Positions 44,644 through 53,252 of a stretch of 64,000 bases of DNA are shown here, piece by piece (within the stretch, counting starts at the first letter, position 1; every line of letters starts with the position of its first letter). The position numbers and the translations under genes were made by a program. A model generated the notes under the pieces. That model did not search any database and was not told the origin of the DNA. It worked only from the letters and a program-made list of their open reading frames with translations. Location of the stretch: positions 65,072 to 129,071 of the forward strand of contig CAWALG010000032.1 of assembly GCA_963782815.1 (NCBI GenBank), given 5' to 3'. The DNA comes from an uncultured Acidobacteriota bacterium (GTDB lineage Bacteria; Acidobacteriota; Thermoanaerobaculia; UBA5066; Gp7-AA6).

Positions 44644-45384
44644 ATGAGCGAGCCGAGGCTGGCCGGCAAGGTCGCGCTCGTGACGGGAGGCGCGGTTCGC
44701 GTCGGGCGGGCGATCGCCCTGGCGCTCGCGGGCGCCGGCGCCGATCTCGCCGTGCACCACTTCTCTTCCGGAGCGCGGGCGGAGGAGACTGTCGGAGCCA
44801 TCCGCGCGCTCGGCCGGCGGGCGCTCGCGGTCCGCGCCGATCTCGGCAGCCCCGAGGAGTGCCGCCGCGCGGTGAAGGAAGCCGTGAGCGGACTGGGAAC
44901 GCTCGATCTCCTCGTCCATTCGGCCGCGAACTTCCACCGCGCCTCGCTCGCCGAGACCGACGAGCGGCTCTGGGACTCGGCGATGAACATCAACGCCCGC
45001 GCGGGCTTCCTCCTCGCCCGGGAGGCCGCGCCGATGCTGCGCGAGCGCCGGGGCCGCGTCGTCCTGATCTCCGACTTCCTCGCGCGCGACCCGGCGCGCC
45101 ACTACCTGGCCCACGCGGTCTCGAAGGCCGCCGTCGAAGGTCTCGTCCGCGCCCTCGCCGTCGAACTGGCGCCGGAGGTCTCCGTCAACGGGGTCGCGCC
45201 CGGCACGGTTCTCGTCCCCGAGGGGACGGCGCCGGAGGAGGCCGAGAAGCTCGCGCGCCGCGTTCCCCTGCGGCGCAACGGCGCTCCCGAAGACGTGGCG
45301 CAGGCGGTCCTGTTCCTCTGCGCCGGCCCCGCGTTCATCACCGGCCAGGTCCTCGCCGTCGACGGGGGCAAGTCCCTGACGTGA
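44644..45384 (+). CDS. SDR family oxidoreductase
   Basis: VTGGAVRVGRAIA cofactor motif, catalytic Y..AVSKAA. Start at MSEPRLAGK. Confidence 0.8.
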   Translation: MSEPRLAGKVALVTGGAVRVGRAIALALAGAGADLAVHHFSSGARAEETVGAIRALGRRALAVRADLGSPEECRRAVKEAVSGLGTLDLLVHSAANFHRASLAETDERLWDSAMNINARAGFLLAREAAPMLRERRGRVVLISDFLARDPARHYLAHAVSKAAVEGLVRALAVELAPEVSVNGVAPGTVLVPEGTAPEEAEKLARRVPLRRNGAPEDVAQAVLFLCAGPAFITGQVLAVDGGKSLT

Positions 45385-45411
45385 CCCCTGCCCTTTCCAG
45401 GAGCCGCCACG

Positions 45412-45506
45412 GTGTCATTCTGAGGAGCGCAGCGACGAGGAACCTGCTCCGGTCGATTTCGCCGATCGTAACCGGGGCAGATCCTTCGCTTCGCTCGGGA
45501 TGACAC
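45412..45506. repeat. GTCATCC..GAGCGAAGCGAAGGATC family, locus b (inverted pair)
   Basis: gtgtcattctgaggagcgcagcgacgaggaacctgc ... gcagatccttcgcttcgctcgggatgacac, with the arms ~29 nt apart. Confidence 0.8.
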
Positions 45507-45519
45507 GGTCGCCGGACGG

Positions 45520-46071
45520 TTATTGCAGCTCTGACTCCTCCGCGGCGAGCCTTCGCGCGAAGTCCAGCATGATCCGGCGGCGGTCGCGGGCGAGCGCCTC
45601 CCCGTTCTCGGTTCGAAGCGGCGCGCGGGCGGCCTCTTCGATCGCGGCGGACATCTCCAGGAAACTCGCGCCCTCGCGGCGTCCTTCGGCAAGCCGGCGG
45701 GCGATGCCGCGGGCCCCCATCTCGTCGATCTTCACGGCGTCGTGGGCGATTTCCTCCTCGGGCGTCGCGGGGCCGGACTCCAGGCGCGCCAGGCCCCGAA
45801 ACAGCGCCTGGATTCTCCGACCCGGGATTCCCAGGGAGGCGAGGAACATCTCCGTCCGGCTGCGGTGCCCCATCCGCGAGACCCACCGCTCCTGTCCCGA
45901 AAACACCGCCAGCAGATAGAGAAGGTCTCGGTCGAGGTCGGTCCGATCACCGGCGATCTTCTCGCAGGCAGAAACGATCCGGCGCGTATCGCCGAAATGG
46001 GTGACGCCGTCCAGACCCGCGGCCAGCGGCCGGACATACTCCTCGATGCGCCGCCGCGTCGCTTCGTCCAT
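45520..46071 (-). CDS. hypothetical protein (alpha-helical, no family recognised)
   Basis: ORF 45520..46095. Start moved to MDEATRRR (46071) because the first 8 codons lie in repeat locus c. Confidence 0.4.
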   Translation of the reverse strand: MDEATRRRIEEYVRPLAAGLDGVTHFGDTRRIVSACEKIAGDRTDLDRDLLYLLAVFSGQERWVSRMGHRSRTEMFLASLGIPGRRIQALFRGLARLESGPATPEEEIAHDAVKIDEMGARGIARRLAEGRREGASFLEMSAAIEEAARAPLRTENGEALARDRRRIMLDFARRLAAEESELQ

Positions 46072-46088
46072 CAAAGGGATCGTAGCAA

Positions 46089-46172
46089 GTGTCATCCTGT
46101 GCGAAGCGGAGGATCTGCCCTTCCAGGATCAAGGGAGCAGATACTTCGGCCCTGCGGGCCTCAGAATGACAG
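46089..46172. repeat. GTCATCC..GAGCGAAGCGAAGGATC family, locus c (inverted pair)
   Basis: gtgtcatcctgtgcgaagcggaggatctgccc ... gggagcagatacttcggccctgcgggcctcagaatgacag. Confidence 0.75.
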
Positions 46173-46192
46173 ACCTTCTCGGGCTCCGGGCT

Positions 46193-46675
46193 CTAGCCGT
46201 TCGGGCGGCCCGGCGGCGCGGGGCGAGGGCGGGCGCCCTCCTCGCGGAACATCCGGCGGCGCTCCTGCATCTGCTCGCGCCTCTCCTGCTGCTTCTGGAC
46301 GAGCTTCTCCCACTGCTCGGGCTTCAGGATCTGCTTCATGTCGAGGATCATCAGGGCGCGCGTCTTCTGGAGAGCCGCCCGCGCGGTTTCGACCGACTCG
46401 ATCTTCTTCTCGACGGCGGCCCGGTCCGCCGTCTTGTCTTCCATCGCGACCTGGAGATCCAGCTGCTTCTTCTCGAGATCGGCCTTCAGGTCGATCAGCT
46501 TCGAGCGCGAGTGCACGAAGACCTTCTCGATCTCCGTGGATTGCTCCGGCGTCAGCCCCAGCTCGGCGGCCACGCTCGGGTTCTTCCACCACTTCCCCTC
46601 CGCCATTCCCGGGGCCGCCGAGGCCGGAGCGACGAGGAACGCCGCCAGCGCGGCGGCAAGCAGGATGTTTCTCAC
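46193..46675 (-). CDS. periplasmic Spy/CpxP-like (LTXXQ motif) protein
   Basis: Signal VRNILLAAALAAFLVAPASA, LTPEQ and LKPEQ motifs, helical repeats. The GTG start overlaps the anti-sigma stop (GTGA). Confidence 0.6.
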   Translation of the reverse strand: MRNILLAAALAAFLVAPASAAPGMAEGKWWKNPSVAAELGLTPEQSTEIEKVFVHSRSKLIDLKADLEKKQLDLQVAMEDKTADRAAVEKKIESVETARAALQKTRALMILDMKQILKPEQWEKLVQKQQERREQMQERRRMFREEGARPRPAPPGRPNG

Positions 46676-47190
46676 AGCTGTTCCTCCTCGGTGCCCGCGG
46701 GCTCCGGAGCGAGCGTGCTCCAGGAGCCGTTGTCTTCTCCCTGCGACAGGCGCGCCACGTCGCGCAGCAGCGCGTCGTCCTTCTGGTCCTGCGCCGAGAA
46801 GGCCGCGACGGTCCCCTCGCGCTGCGCGACGGCGGCTCGGCCGGACTTGCGGGCCGGGATCAGCAGGGCCACCAGCAGCAGGGACGCGGCGAGCGAGACG
46901 GCCCATTTGACGGCGGGCGCTCGCCGGGTGCGTCCGGCGCGTCTCATGGCCTCGATCGTCTTCTCTTCCCGCTCCTGCCACTCCGCGGCGGACCGCCGGT
47001 CGAGCTCCTCCGTCTCCTCGTCCGCGAGATCCCGCACCGCGCTCTTCCATTCCTGGAGAGCCCGGCTGCAGCTCCAGCACTCGGACAGATGCCGCGGCAG
47101 GGCTTCCGGCTCTCCCAAGGGCGGGATCGCGAGATTGAACAGCTCCGCGTCGGTCAGGTGCCGGTCGTCGGTCTTCGGTTCCATGTTCAC
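46672..47190 (-). CDS. anti-sigma factor (zf-HC2-like, single TM)
   Basis: HLSECWSC motif, TM WAVSLAASLLLVALLI. 4-nt overlap with the sigma gene. Confidence 0.7.
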   Translation of the reverse strand: MNMEPKTDDRHLTDAELFNLAIPPLGEPEALPRHLSECWSCSRALQEWKSAVRDLADEETEELDRRSAAEWQEREEKTIEAMRRAGRTRRAPAVKWAVSLAASLLLVALLIPARKSGRAAVAQREGTVAAFSAQDQKDDALLRDVARLSQGEDNGSWSTLAPEPAGTEEEQL

Positions 47191-47801
47191 GCCTGCCTCT
47201 GGAAATCGGCGAGCCGTTCGCGGATCTTCTGGGCGGCCCGGAAGAGATGGGACTTGATCGTGCCGGCGTCCAATCCCGTCAGATCCGCGATCTCCGGGAT
47301 CGAAAGCTCCTCGAAATGTTTCAGGACGAAAACGGATCTCTGCCGCGGCGACAGGGACTCCATCGCGCGGCCCAGCCTCTCGCGGATCTCGCGGGAGAGC
47401 GCCCGGCGCTCGGGGGAGGGGTCCGGATGCGCCGCGATCTCCCGCGGCCCGGTCTCCTCATCCTCGCCGGCGGGAGCCTGGTGGAAATAGAGGACGAGGC
47501 GGCGGCGCTTCAACCGGTCCTTGCACCAGTTGATGCAGATCCGCGTCAGCCATGTCTCGAAGGTCGAGCCCTCGCGGAAATCGGCGAGGCTCTGATACGC
47601 CCGGAGGAAACTCTCCTGCGCCGCGCAATCCGCCTCCCCGGCATCGCGCAGCAGGCGGTAGGCGATGCGGGTGATCCTCTGCTGGTAGCGGCGCACGAAG
47701 TACTCGAAGGAATCCGTCTTCCCGGCGCGGACTTCCTGGATCAGCCGGGCCTCATCGACTCCGGGATCTGTCTGGCGGGGAATCATCGCGAGCGCGGGCA
47801 C
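47187..47801 (-). CDS. RNA polymerase ECF-type sigma factor
   Basis: Region 2 (FEYFVRRYQQRITRIAYRLL, AQESFLRAY) and region 4 (LSIPEIADLTGLDAGTIKSHLFRA). Confidence 0.85.
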   Translation of the reverse strand: MPALAMIPRQTDPGVDEARLIQEVRAGKTDSFEYFVRRYQQRITRIAYRLLRDAGEADCAAQESFLRAYQSLADFREGSTFETWLTRICINWCKDRLKRRRLVLYFHQAPAGEDEETGPREIAAHPDPSPERRALSREIRERLGRAMESLSPRQRSVFVLKHFEELSIPEIADLTGLDAGTIKSHLFRAAQKIRERLADFQRQA

Positions 47802-47807
47802 AGGAGA

Positions 47808-47835
47808 TAGACGACCGGGGTGCCTCCCGGTTTAC
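47808..47835 (-). promoter_or_regulatory. putative ECF-type promoter (GTAAAC-N16-CGTCTA)
   Basis: Minus-strand reading gtaaac cgggaggcaccccggt cgtcta. It ends ~7 nt before the sigma GTG and resembles the GGAAC-N16/17-CGTC class. Confidence 0.35.
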
Positions 47836-47865
47836 GCCGGCAAGAGCGTGGGGGCCGATGGCAAG

Positions 47866-48501
47866 TCATAGATGCGAAAGGATCTCCTGCCGTTTCGCGG
47901 CGTACTCCTCCGCGCTCAGGAGACCCCGCTGCTTCAGACTCTCCAGCTCCTCCAGGCGCGCCTCGAGCGTCGGCGGCTCCGGGGTGGCAGGAACCTCCGA
48001 ACGGGTCTGGCCGGCGGAAGGCGCCTGGCGCCAGACGTTGGTCCGGAGACCCTCCGGAGACGCGATCTTCGGGAAGATCAGCATTCCATTCTCAGACGCC
48101 GTCTCCACGATAACGGTTCCGTAGCCGAGCATCCTCCCGAAGATCCCCTGTTCGACCGTGATGTCCTGGATCTTCTCGAGAGGCGCGTTCTGGACCTCGC
48201 GCGCGAAGAGGCCGACCCTCCGGATGACGCGGCGGTTGGTCACGACGAATTCGTCCCTGCTCACGCGGATCCGGCGCGCCAGGAACCCGACGAGCCCGAT
48301 GAGGACGAATGCGGCCGCGAGCCAGGCGAGCGGCCGTCCCACCTCGTCTCCCGCCTGGTTGTTCCTGGCGTGCAACGCGGCGAAGCCGAGAGCCGCGGCG
48401 AGAACGAGAACGATGACCACGAAACTGTAGTAGACCCAGTGGTAGCGAGCGCGGTAGAGGATCGTCTCCCCCTCCGCCAGGTTCTTCTCCGTATAGCCCA
48501 T
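47866..48501 (-). CDS. membrane PH (bPH_2/YdbT-like) domain protein with C-terminal SHOCT motif
   Basis: Two TM helices, then ..VTNRRVIRRVGLFAREV...ITVEQGIFGRMLGYGTV. C-terminal LESLKQRGLLSAEEYAAKRQEIL. Confidence 0.65.
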   Translation of the reverse strand: MGYTEKNLAEGETILYRARYHWVYYSFVVIVLVLAAALGFAALHARNNQAGDEVGRPLAWLAAAFVLIGLVGFLARRIRVSRDEFVVTNRRVIRRVGLFAREVQNAPLEKIQDITVEQGIFGRMLGYGTVIVETASENGMLIFPKIASPEGLRTNVWRQAPSAGQTRSEVPATPEPPTLEARLEELESLKQRGLLSAEEYAAKRQEILSHL

Positions 48502-48532
48502 GCTCTTGCCCGCGCAAGGGTAACATCACGGA

Positions 48533-49375
48533 ATGCCCTCGGAACGCGTGATCCTCATCACGGGCTGCTCGAGCGGCATCGGGAGGGCCGCGGCGATCGA
48601 GGCGGCCGGACGCGGCCACCTGGTCTTCGCCACCGCCCGCAATCCCGAGAGCCTGCGGGACCTGGCGAGGGACGGGAAGATCCGGCCTCTCTCCCTGGAT
48701 GTCACGGATACGGCTTCGATCCGCTCCGCCGTCGCCTCCGTCCTGGCCGAGGCGGAGCGAGTGGACGCTCTCGTCAACAATGCCGGCTACGGCCAGTACG
48801 GAGCCGCGGAGGACGTCACCGCCGAGGAATGGAGGCGCCAGTTCGACGTCAATCTCTTCGGCGCGATCGAGGCCGCCCGGGCGGTCCTTCCCGCGATGCG
48901 CGCGGCGCGCGGCGGCACCATCGTCAATGTCTCCTCCGTCGCCGGCAAGATCGCGATCCCTTTCGCCGCCCCCTACTGCGCCTCCAAGCACGCCCTCGAG
49001 GCCTTCTCCGACGCGCTGCGCGTCGAGGTCGCCCCCTTCGGCATCCGCGTCGTGGTCATCGAGGCGGGACCGATCGAGACCCGGTTCGGGGACCGGGCGC
49101 GCGCCGGCGTCGCGCGGATGCTGGTGAGCCCCGGCCCGTATTCCGCGTTCTACCCGAACGCCGAGCGGGCCATGGACACCGACTTCCAGGCGGGGAAGCT
49201 CCCGCCCGAGGCGGTGGCCCGCGTCATCGTCGAGGCAATCGAGTCGGACAATCCCCGGACGCGCTACCGGATCACGCGGATGGCTCGCGCCCTGATCCTC
49301 CTCCGGCGCTTCCTCCCCGACCGTTTCTTCGACCGCCGGATGAAGAAGGCCCTGAAGCTCCCCGACCGGATCTGA
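48533..49375 (+). CDS. SDR family oxidoreductase
   Basis: Intact 280 aa. ITGCSSGIGRAAA, NNAG, YCASKHA. Confidence 0.85.
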   Translation: MPSERVILITGCSSGIGRAAAIEAAGRGHLVFATARNPESLRDLARDGKIRPLSLDVTDTASIRSAVASVLAEAERVDALVNNAGYGQYGAAEDVTAEEWRRQFDVNLFGAIEAARAVLPAMRAARGGTIVNVSSVAGKIAIPFAAPYCASKHALEAFSDALRVEVAPFGIRVVVIEAGPIETRFGDRARAGVARMLVSPGPYSAFYPNAERAMDTDFQAGKLPPEAVARVIVEAIESDNPRTRYRITRMARALILLRRFLPDRFFDRRMKKALKLPDRI

Positions 49376-49602
49376 TCAGCCGCTCGGCGACGCCGAAGAC
49401 CGCGGCGAGAAGACACGGGCGCGCCTGCCGGCCGCCGCGAAATCCTCCGGCGCCAGCGCCCGCGCTTCTGCCTCCGTCAGGACCTCCTCCGCGAGGCGAT
49501 CCTGACTTCCCGGGCGACCGCAAGCGCTGTCTCCGGGTGGTCCACCAGTTCAATCCACGAGAGCTGGATTCGATTTCGAGGGGCCCCCTTTCACCGCGAC
49601 GC

Positions 49603-52176
49603 TCATGCGGCACGTCCCAGCTCGCGGTCCCTAGCAGCTGTAGCCCCGCGGCGATTTCGGATTGCCTTGAGCAGCTCGAACCAGGCGGTGCCGAGCGCGG
49701 CGGCGCCGACACAGATCGCGATGTCGGTCACGTGGAGGAAGTCGAAGCGGAACAAGACGCGCAGCGGTGGGACGTACAGCGTCGCTGCGAGGAAGGCGAG
49801 CGCCCCGCCGGTGATCCACCAGAGCGCCGGGTTGCGGGCGCCGTTGCCCGCGACCGAGGTCTTCCAGGAGCGGCTCGTGAAGATCAGCGCCAGATTGGAC
49901 AGGATGAGGATGGTGAAGGTGATGGCACGGGCTTTCAGCTCGCCGCGCCCGCCATAGTGCGCGATCGCGAACGCGCCGAGCAGGATCGCGGTGACGCTGA
50001 GACCGAGGGAGAGGCTGACGGCGATGAGCTTCCTACCGAACAGGCGGGCCGTGACCGCGCGCGGCGGGCGGCGCATCACGTCGGCTTCTTCCGGCTCGGC
50101 CTCGAACACGATCGAACACGCAGGATCGATGATGAGGTGCAGGAAGGCGATGTGGATCGGCATCAGCACCAGCGGCCAGCCGACGAGAATCGGAACGACT
50201 GTCAGGCCAAGGACCGGCAGGTGGACGGCGAGAATGTACGCCAGCGCCTTCTGCAGGTTGTCATAGACGCGGCGTCCGGTGCGCACGGCGAGCTCGAGCG
50301 AGGCGAAGTCGTCGTCGAGGAGCACGAGCTGGGCGGCTTCCCGCGCCACGTCGGTGCCGCGACCGCCCATCGCGATGCCGATGTGCGCGGCCTTGAGCGC
50401 CGGCGCATCGTTCACGCCGTCCCCGGTCATGGCCACGATCTCGCCTGTGGCCTTGAGGGCTTCGACAATGCGGAGCTTCTGCTCGGGCATGATGCGCGCG
50501 AAGACGTTCACCGAGCGAATGCGCCCGCGCAGCGACTCGTCATCCATTTCCGCCAGCTCTGCTCCGGTGATGACCACGGCATGCCTGTCGAGGCCGATCT
50601 GACGCGCGATGCTCTGCGCCGTCGCGGGGTAGTCGCCGCTGATCATGACCACGCGAATCCCGGCCGCGTGACACTCGTCGATCGCCGGGCGCACCGTAGG
50701 CCGCACCGGATCGGAGAGGCCGACGAGCCCGACGAACGCGAGCGAGAGCGCGCCAGGACCGTCGGGCGGGGCCGCGTCCGGGGCGAGCGCGCCTCGGGCA
50801 AGGGCCAGCACCCGAAGGCCGTCGGCCGCCATCAATCGCGCCGTGTCGCCGATCCACTGCGCTTCTGCGTCGCCGAGCCGGCAGAGGAGGGCCACGGCTT
50901 CCGGGGCCCCCTTGCAGGCGACGATGAGCTCCCCGCCTGCGGCGCGCCAGATCTGGATCACGGCCAGCCGCTCGCGCGTGAGCGGATACTCGCGGACCAG
51001 CATCCAATCGGGATGAAGGTGCTCGGTTCCAGCGAGCTGATCCTCGGCCAGGCGCTTGAACGCGACCTCCATCGGATCGAACGAATCCTTGCGGCTGGCC
51101 AGGACAGAATACTCAACGGCCGAGTGGAAGTCCTCCGGCAGCGGCTCTCGCGCGAGGCGTTCCACGTCGAAGGACGCGCCGTCGACGGCGAGGCGGCTCA
51201 CTGTCATTCGGTTTTGCGTGAGCGTGCCGGTCTTGTCGACGCACAGCACCGTCACCGAGCCCAGCGCCTCGACCGCGGGAATGCGGCGCGTAAGCACGCG
51301 CCGCCGGGAGAGCCGCCAGGCGCCAAGCGCGAGGAAGATCGTCACGACGACGGGAAACTCGTTGGGCAGGATCGCCATCGCGAGCGTCAGTCCGGCCAGG
51401 AGGCCGCGAAGCCAGTCGTGGCGCGTGAAACCGTAGACCACGACGACGAGGACGGACAGCGCGCCTGCCACGACCGCCAGCTTCCAAACGAGCCTCTTCG
51501 TCTCGCGCTGGAGCTGCGTCTGTTCGGTCATCGTGACGCCGAGGACGCGGCCGATCGCGCCCATCTCCGTGCGCTCCCCGGTCGCCGTGACCTGCGCGAT
51601 CGCGGCGCCCTGGACCACGAGCGTGCCGGCGTAGACGAACGGGAGACCTTCGCCTCCGGGGCGCCCGGACGCGCTCGCGGGGTCCCCTTCGGTCTTGGCG
51701 ACAGGAACCGACTCGCCCGTGAGCAGCGACTCATCGATGGTGCAATGACTCGTGGAAAGGACGACACCATCGGCCGCGACCCGGTCGCCCTCGCTCAGGA
51801 CGAGGACATCGCCGCGCACGACCTCGCGCCCGGCGATGCGCTGACGCCGGCCGTCGCGGATGACCATGGCGCGCGGGCTCGCCAGATCGCGCAGTGCCTC
51901 GATTGCGCTCTCGGTCTTGCGCTCCTGATACAGCGTGATGCCGACGATGAGGAACACGAACCCGAGCAGCATCAGCGCTTCCTGCCGATCCCCGAGGACG
52001 GAGTAGATGGCCCCGCACCCGATGAGCAGAGCCGTCATCGGCTCACGCACGACGTCGAGAAGGCCGCGCCAGAAGGTCCGGCCGCCGCCCGCCTGCAGCT
52101 CATTGGGGCCGTCGCTCCGCAGCCTCTCGGCGGCCTGGGAGGCCGAGAGGCCTGCGATCGTCTCTTTGTCGATCAT
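49603..52176 (-). CDS. cation-translocating P-type ATPase (Ca/Mg, P2-like)
   Basis: Intact 857 aa. N-terminal cation-ATPase-N (LSASQAAERLRSDGPNEL), CVDKTGTLTQNRM, MTGDGVNDAPALK. Confidence 0.9.
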   Translation of the reverse strand: MIDKETIAGLSASQAAERLRSDGPNELQAGGGRTFWRGLLDVVREPMTALLIGCGAIYSVLGDRQEALMLLGFVFLIVGITLYQERKTESAIEALRDLASPRAMVIRDGRRQRIAGREVVRGDVLVLSEGDRVAADGVVLSTSHCTIDESLLTGESVPVAKTEGDPASASGRPGGEGLPFVYAGTLVVQGAAIAQVTATGERTEMGAIGRVLGVTMTEQTQLQRETKRLVWKLAVVAGALSVLVVVVYGFTRHDWLRGLLAGLTLAMAILPNEFPVVVTIFLALGAWRLSRRRVLTRRIPAVEALGSVTVLCVDKTGTLTQNRMTVSRLAVDGASFDVERLAREPLPEDFHSAVEYSVLASRKDSFDPMEVAFKRLAEDQLAGTEHLHPDWMLVREYPLTRERLAVIQIWRAAGGELIVACKGAPEAVALLCRLGDAEAQWIGDTARLMAADGLRVLALARGALAPDAAPPDGPGALSLAFVGLVGLSDPVRPTVRPAIDECHAAGIRVVMISGDYPATAQSIARQIGLDRHAVVITGAELAEMDDESLRGRIRSVNVFARIMPEQKLRIVEALKATGEIVAMTGDGVNDAPALKAAHIGIAMGGRGTDVAREAAQLVLLDDDFASLELAVRTGRRVYDNLQKALAYILAVHLPVLGLTVVPILVGWPLVLMPIHIAFLHLIIDPACSIVFEAEPEEADVMRRPPRAVTARLFGRKLIAVSLSLGLSVTAILLGAFAIAHYGGRGELKARAITFTILILSNLALIFTSRSWKTSVAGNGARNPALWWITGGALAFLAATLYVPPLRVLFRFDFLHVTDIAICVGAAALGTAWFELLKAIRNRRGATAARDRELGRAA

Positions 52177-52560
52177 GTCTACCAGGGAACCGGGAGACCT
52201 GCGCCATCCCTCGACAACGGAATGAGGCGCCCGGTTCGCGGATGGATCGCGGCGCGCCCAGGGTGCACGCAGGCTATCCCGGGTTTCGTGCTCATTCGCC
52301 CGAAGATTAGCAGCAGGAAAGCGCCTTGCACAGTTCAGTCATCGATAAAGGGCGACCCGTGATCGCGGCGCGCTGCCAGGGTTCGGAATGCATTTGAATC
52401 AGGCGCGCGGGTCTTCGATCGCGGGGAAACTCGCAACGACGGGCGGGCGGCCCGCCAGGCTACGAGCGCCAGGAAGACATCCATTCCGGCGATCGGAAGA
52501 ATCGCCAGGAGCAGGACCGCCGCGTCCCTGCGCTCCCAGGCGCTGCCCCGGAAACGAAGC

Positions 52561-53037
52561 TCAATTCGGCGGGGCCGAGCCCTGACGCGAGGAGCGAAGC
52601 CGGGCCGCCGGCCGCGACGCCGCGACCAGCTTGCGCAGAATGGAAGAATCCGCCGGACGTGTCTCCTGAACCGAGGTCAGAATGTCGCTCAAGGACAGGA
52701 TTCCCACGAGCCTTCCGTCGCCGTCCACGACCGGCAGTCGCCGGATGTGCCCGTCCGCCATGACGCTCAACGCGTAGGTGAGATCGGTTCCCGGACCGCA
52801 GGTGAAGGGGTTCAGGGTCATGACCTCCCGCACGGGGATCGCCGCGGGAAACCGGTTCTTATGGGCCACGGCCAGGCAGACGTCTCGATCCGTGAGGATC
52901 CCGACGGGCCGGCCGGCGTTGTCGAGGACGGGAAGCGCTCCACAACCGTATTCCTGCATGGCCAGCGCGGCCGCCGCCAGGCTCGCGTCCGGCGTGCACG
53001 AATGGGCGGGAGAAGTCATCGCGTCTTGAACTCTCAT
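52561..53037 (-). CDS. CBS-pair domain protein
   Basis: MRVQDAMTSPAHSC.., ALPVLDNAGRPVGILTDRDVCL, IRRLPVVDGDGRLVGILSLSDIL. Start at ATG 53037 within ORF 52561..53325. Confidence 0.8.
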   Translation of the reverse strand: MRVQDAMTSPAHSCTPDASLAAAALAMQEYGCGALPVLDNAGRPVGILTDRDVCLAVAHKNRFPAAIPVREVMTLNPFTCGPGTDLTYALSVMADGHIRRLPVVDGDGRLVGILSLSDILTSVQETRPADSSILRKLVAASRPAARLRSSRQGSAPPN

Positions 53038-53058
53038 TGCGGACCTCCTGAGGCCCCC

Positions 53059-53102
53059 ATCGTCTCCCCCACCGCCCCTCCACGCATGATCCAGACGCAT
53101 CA
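53059..53102 (-). promoter_or_regulatory. operator/promoter site A: TGATGCGTCTGGATCA, 22 nt, GACGAT
   Basis: Palindrome at 53087-53102 and hexamer at 53059-53064. 21 nt (with AGGAGG) to the CBS ATG at 53037. Confidence 0.55.
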
Positions 53103-53136
53103 CAGGCTGCCGTGTCGCGCACGTACATGCAGGGCC

Positions 53137-53208
53137 GTCGAGAGTCAAGGGTCGAGAGTTCAGAGTTGAGCCCCCGGTTCTCTCGACTCTCGACTCTCGA
53201 CTCTCGAC
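53137..53208. repeat. heptad-repeat hairpin L5: 5 degenerate GTCGAGA units, short loop, 4 x TCTCGAC
   Basis: gtcgaga gtcaagg gtcgaga gttcaga gttgagc ccccggttc tctcgac x4, downstream of the acyl-CoA synthetase stop. Confidence 0.85.
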
Positions 53209-53252
53209 CTTCCCGTGAACGCAAATGGTTCCCGATTTAACACGATGCTGAA

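Noticed and set aside
49376-49602. 227-nt gap after the SDR gene. The minus-strand frames give fragments such as ..DRLAEEVLTEAEARALAPEDFAAAG...
   Set aside because: The pieces are short, lie in different frames and match no family I recognise. It may be a decayed or indel-ridden small gene, but I cannot support a call.
47872-52362. 1496-aa ORF on the plus strand, the largest in the track.
   Set aside because: It is antisense to the PH-SHOCT gene, an SDR-adjacent region and the intact P-type ATPase. Its composition (R/G/D/P/A rich, no motifs) is typical of stop-free antisense frames in very GC-rich DNA.
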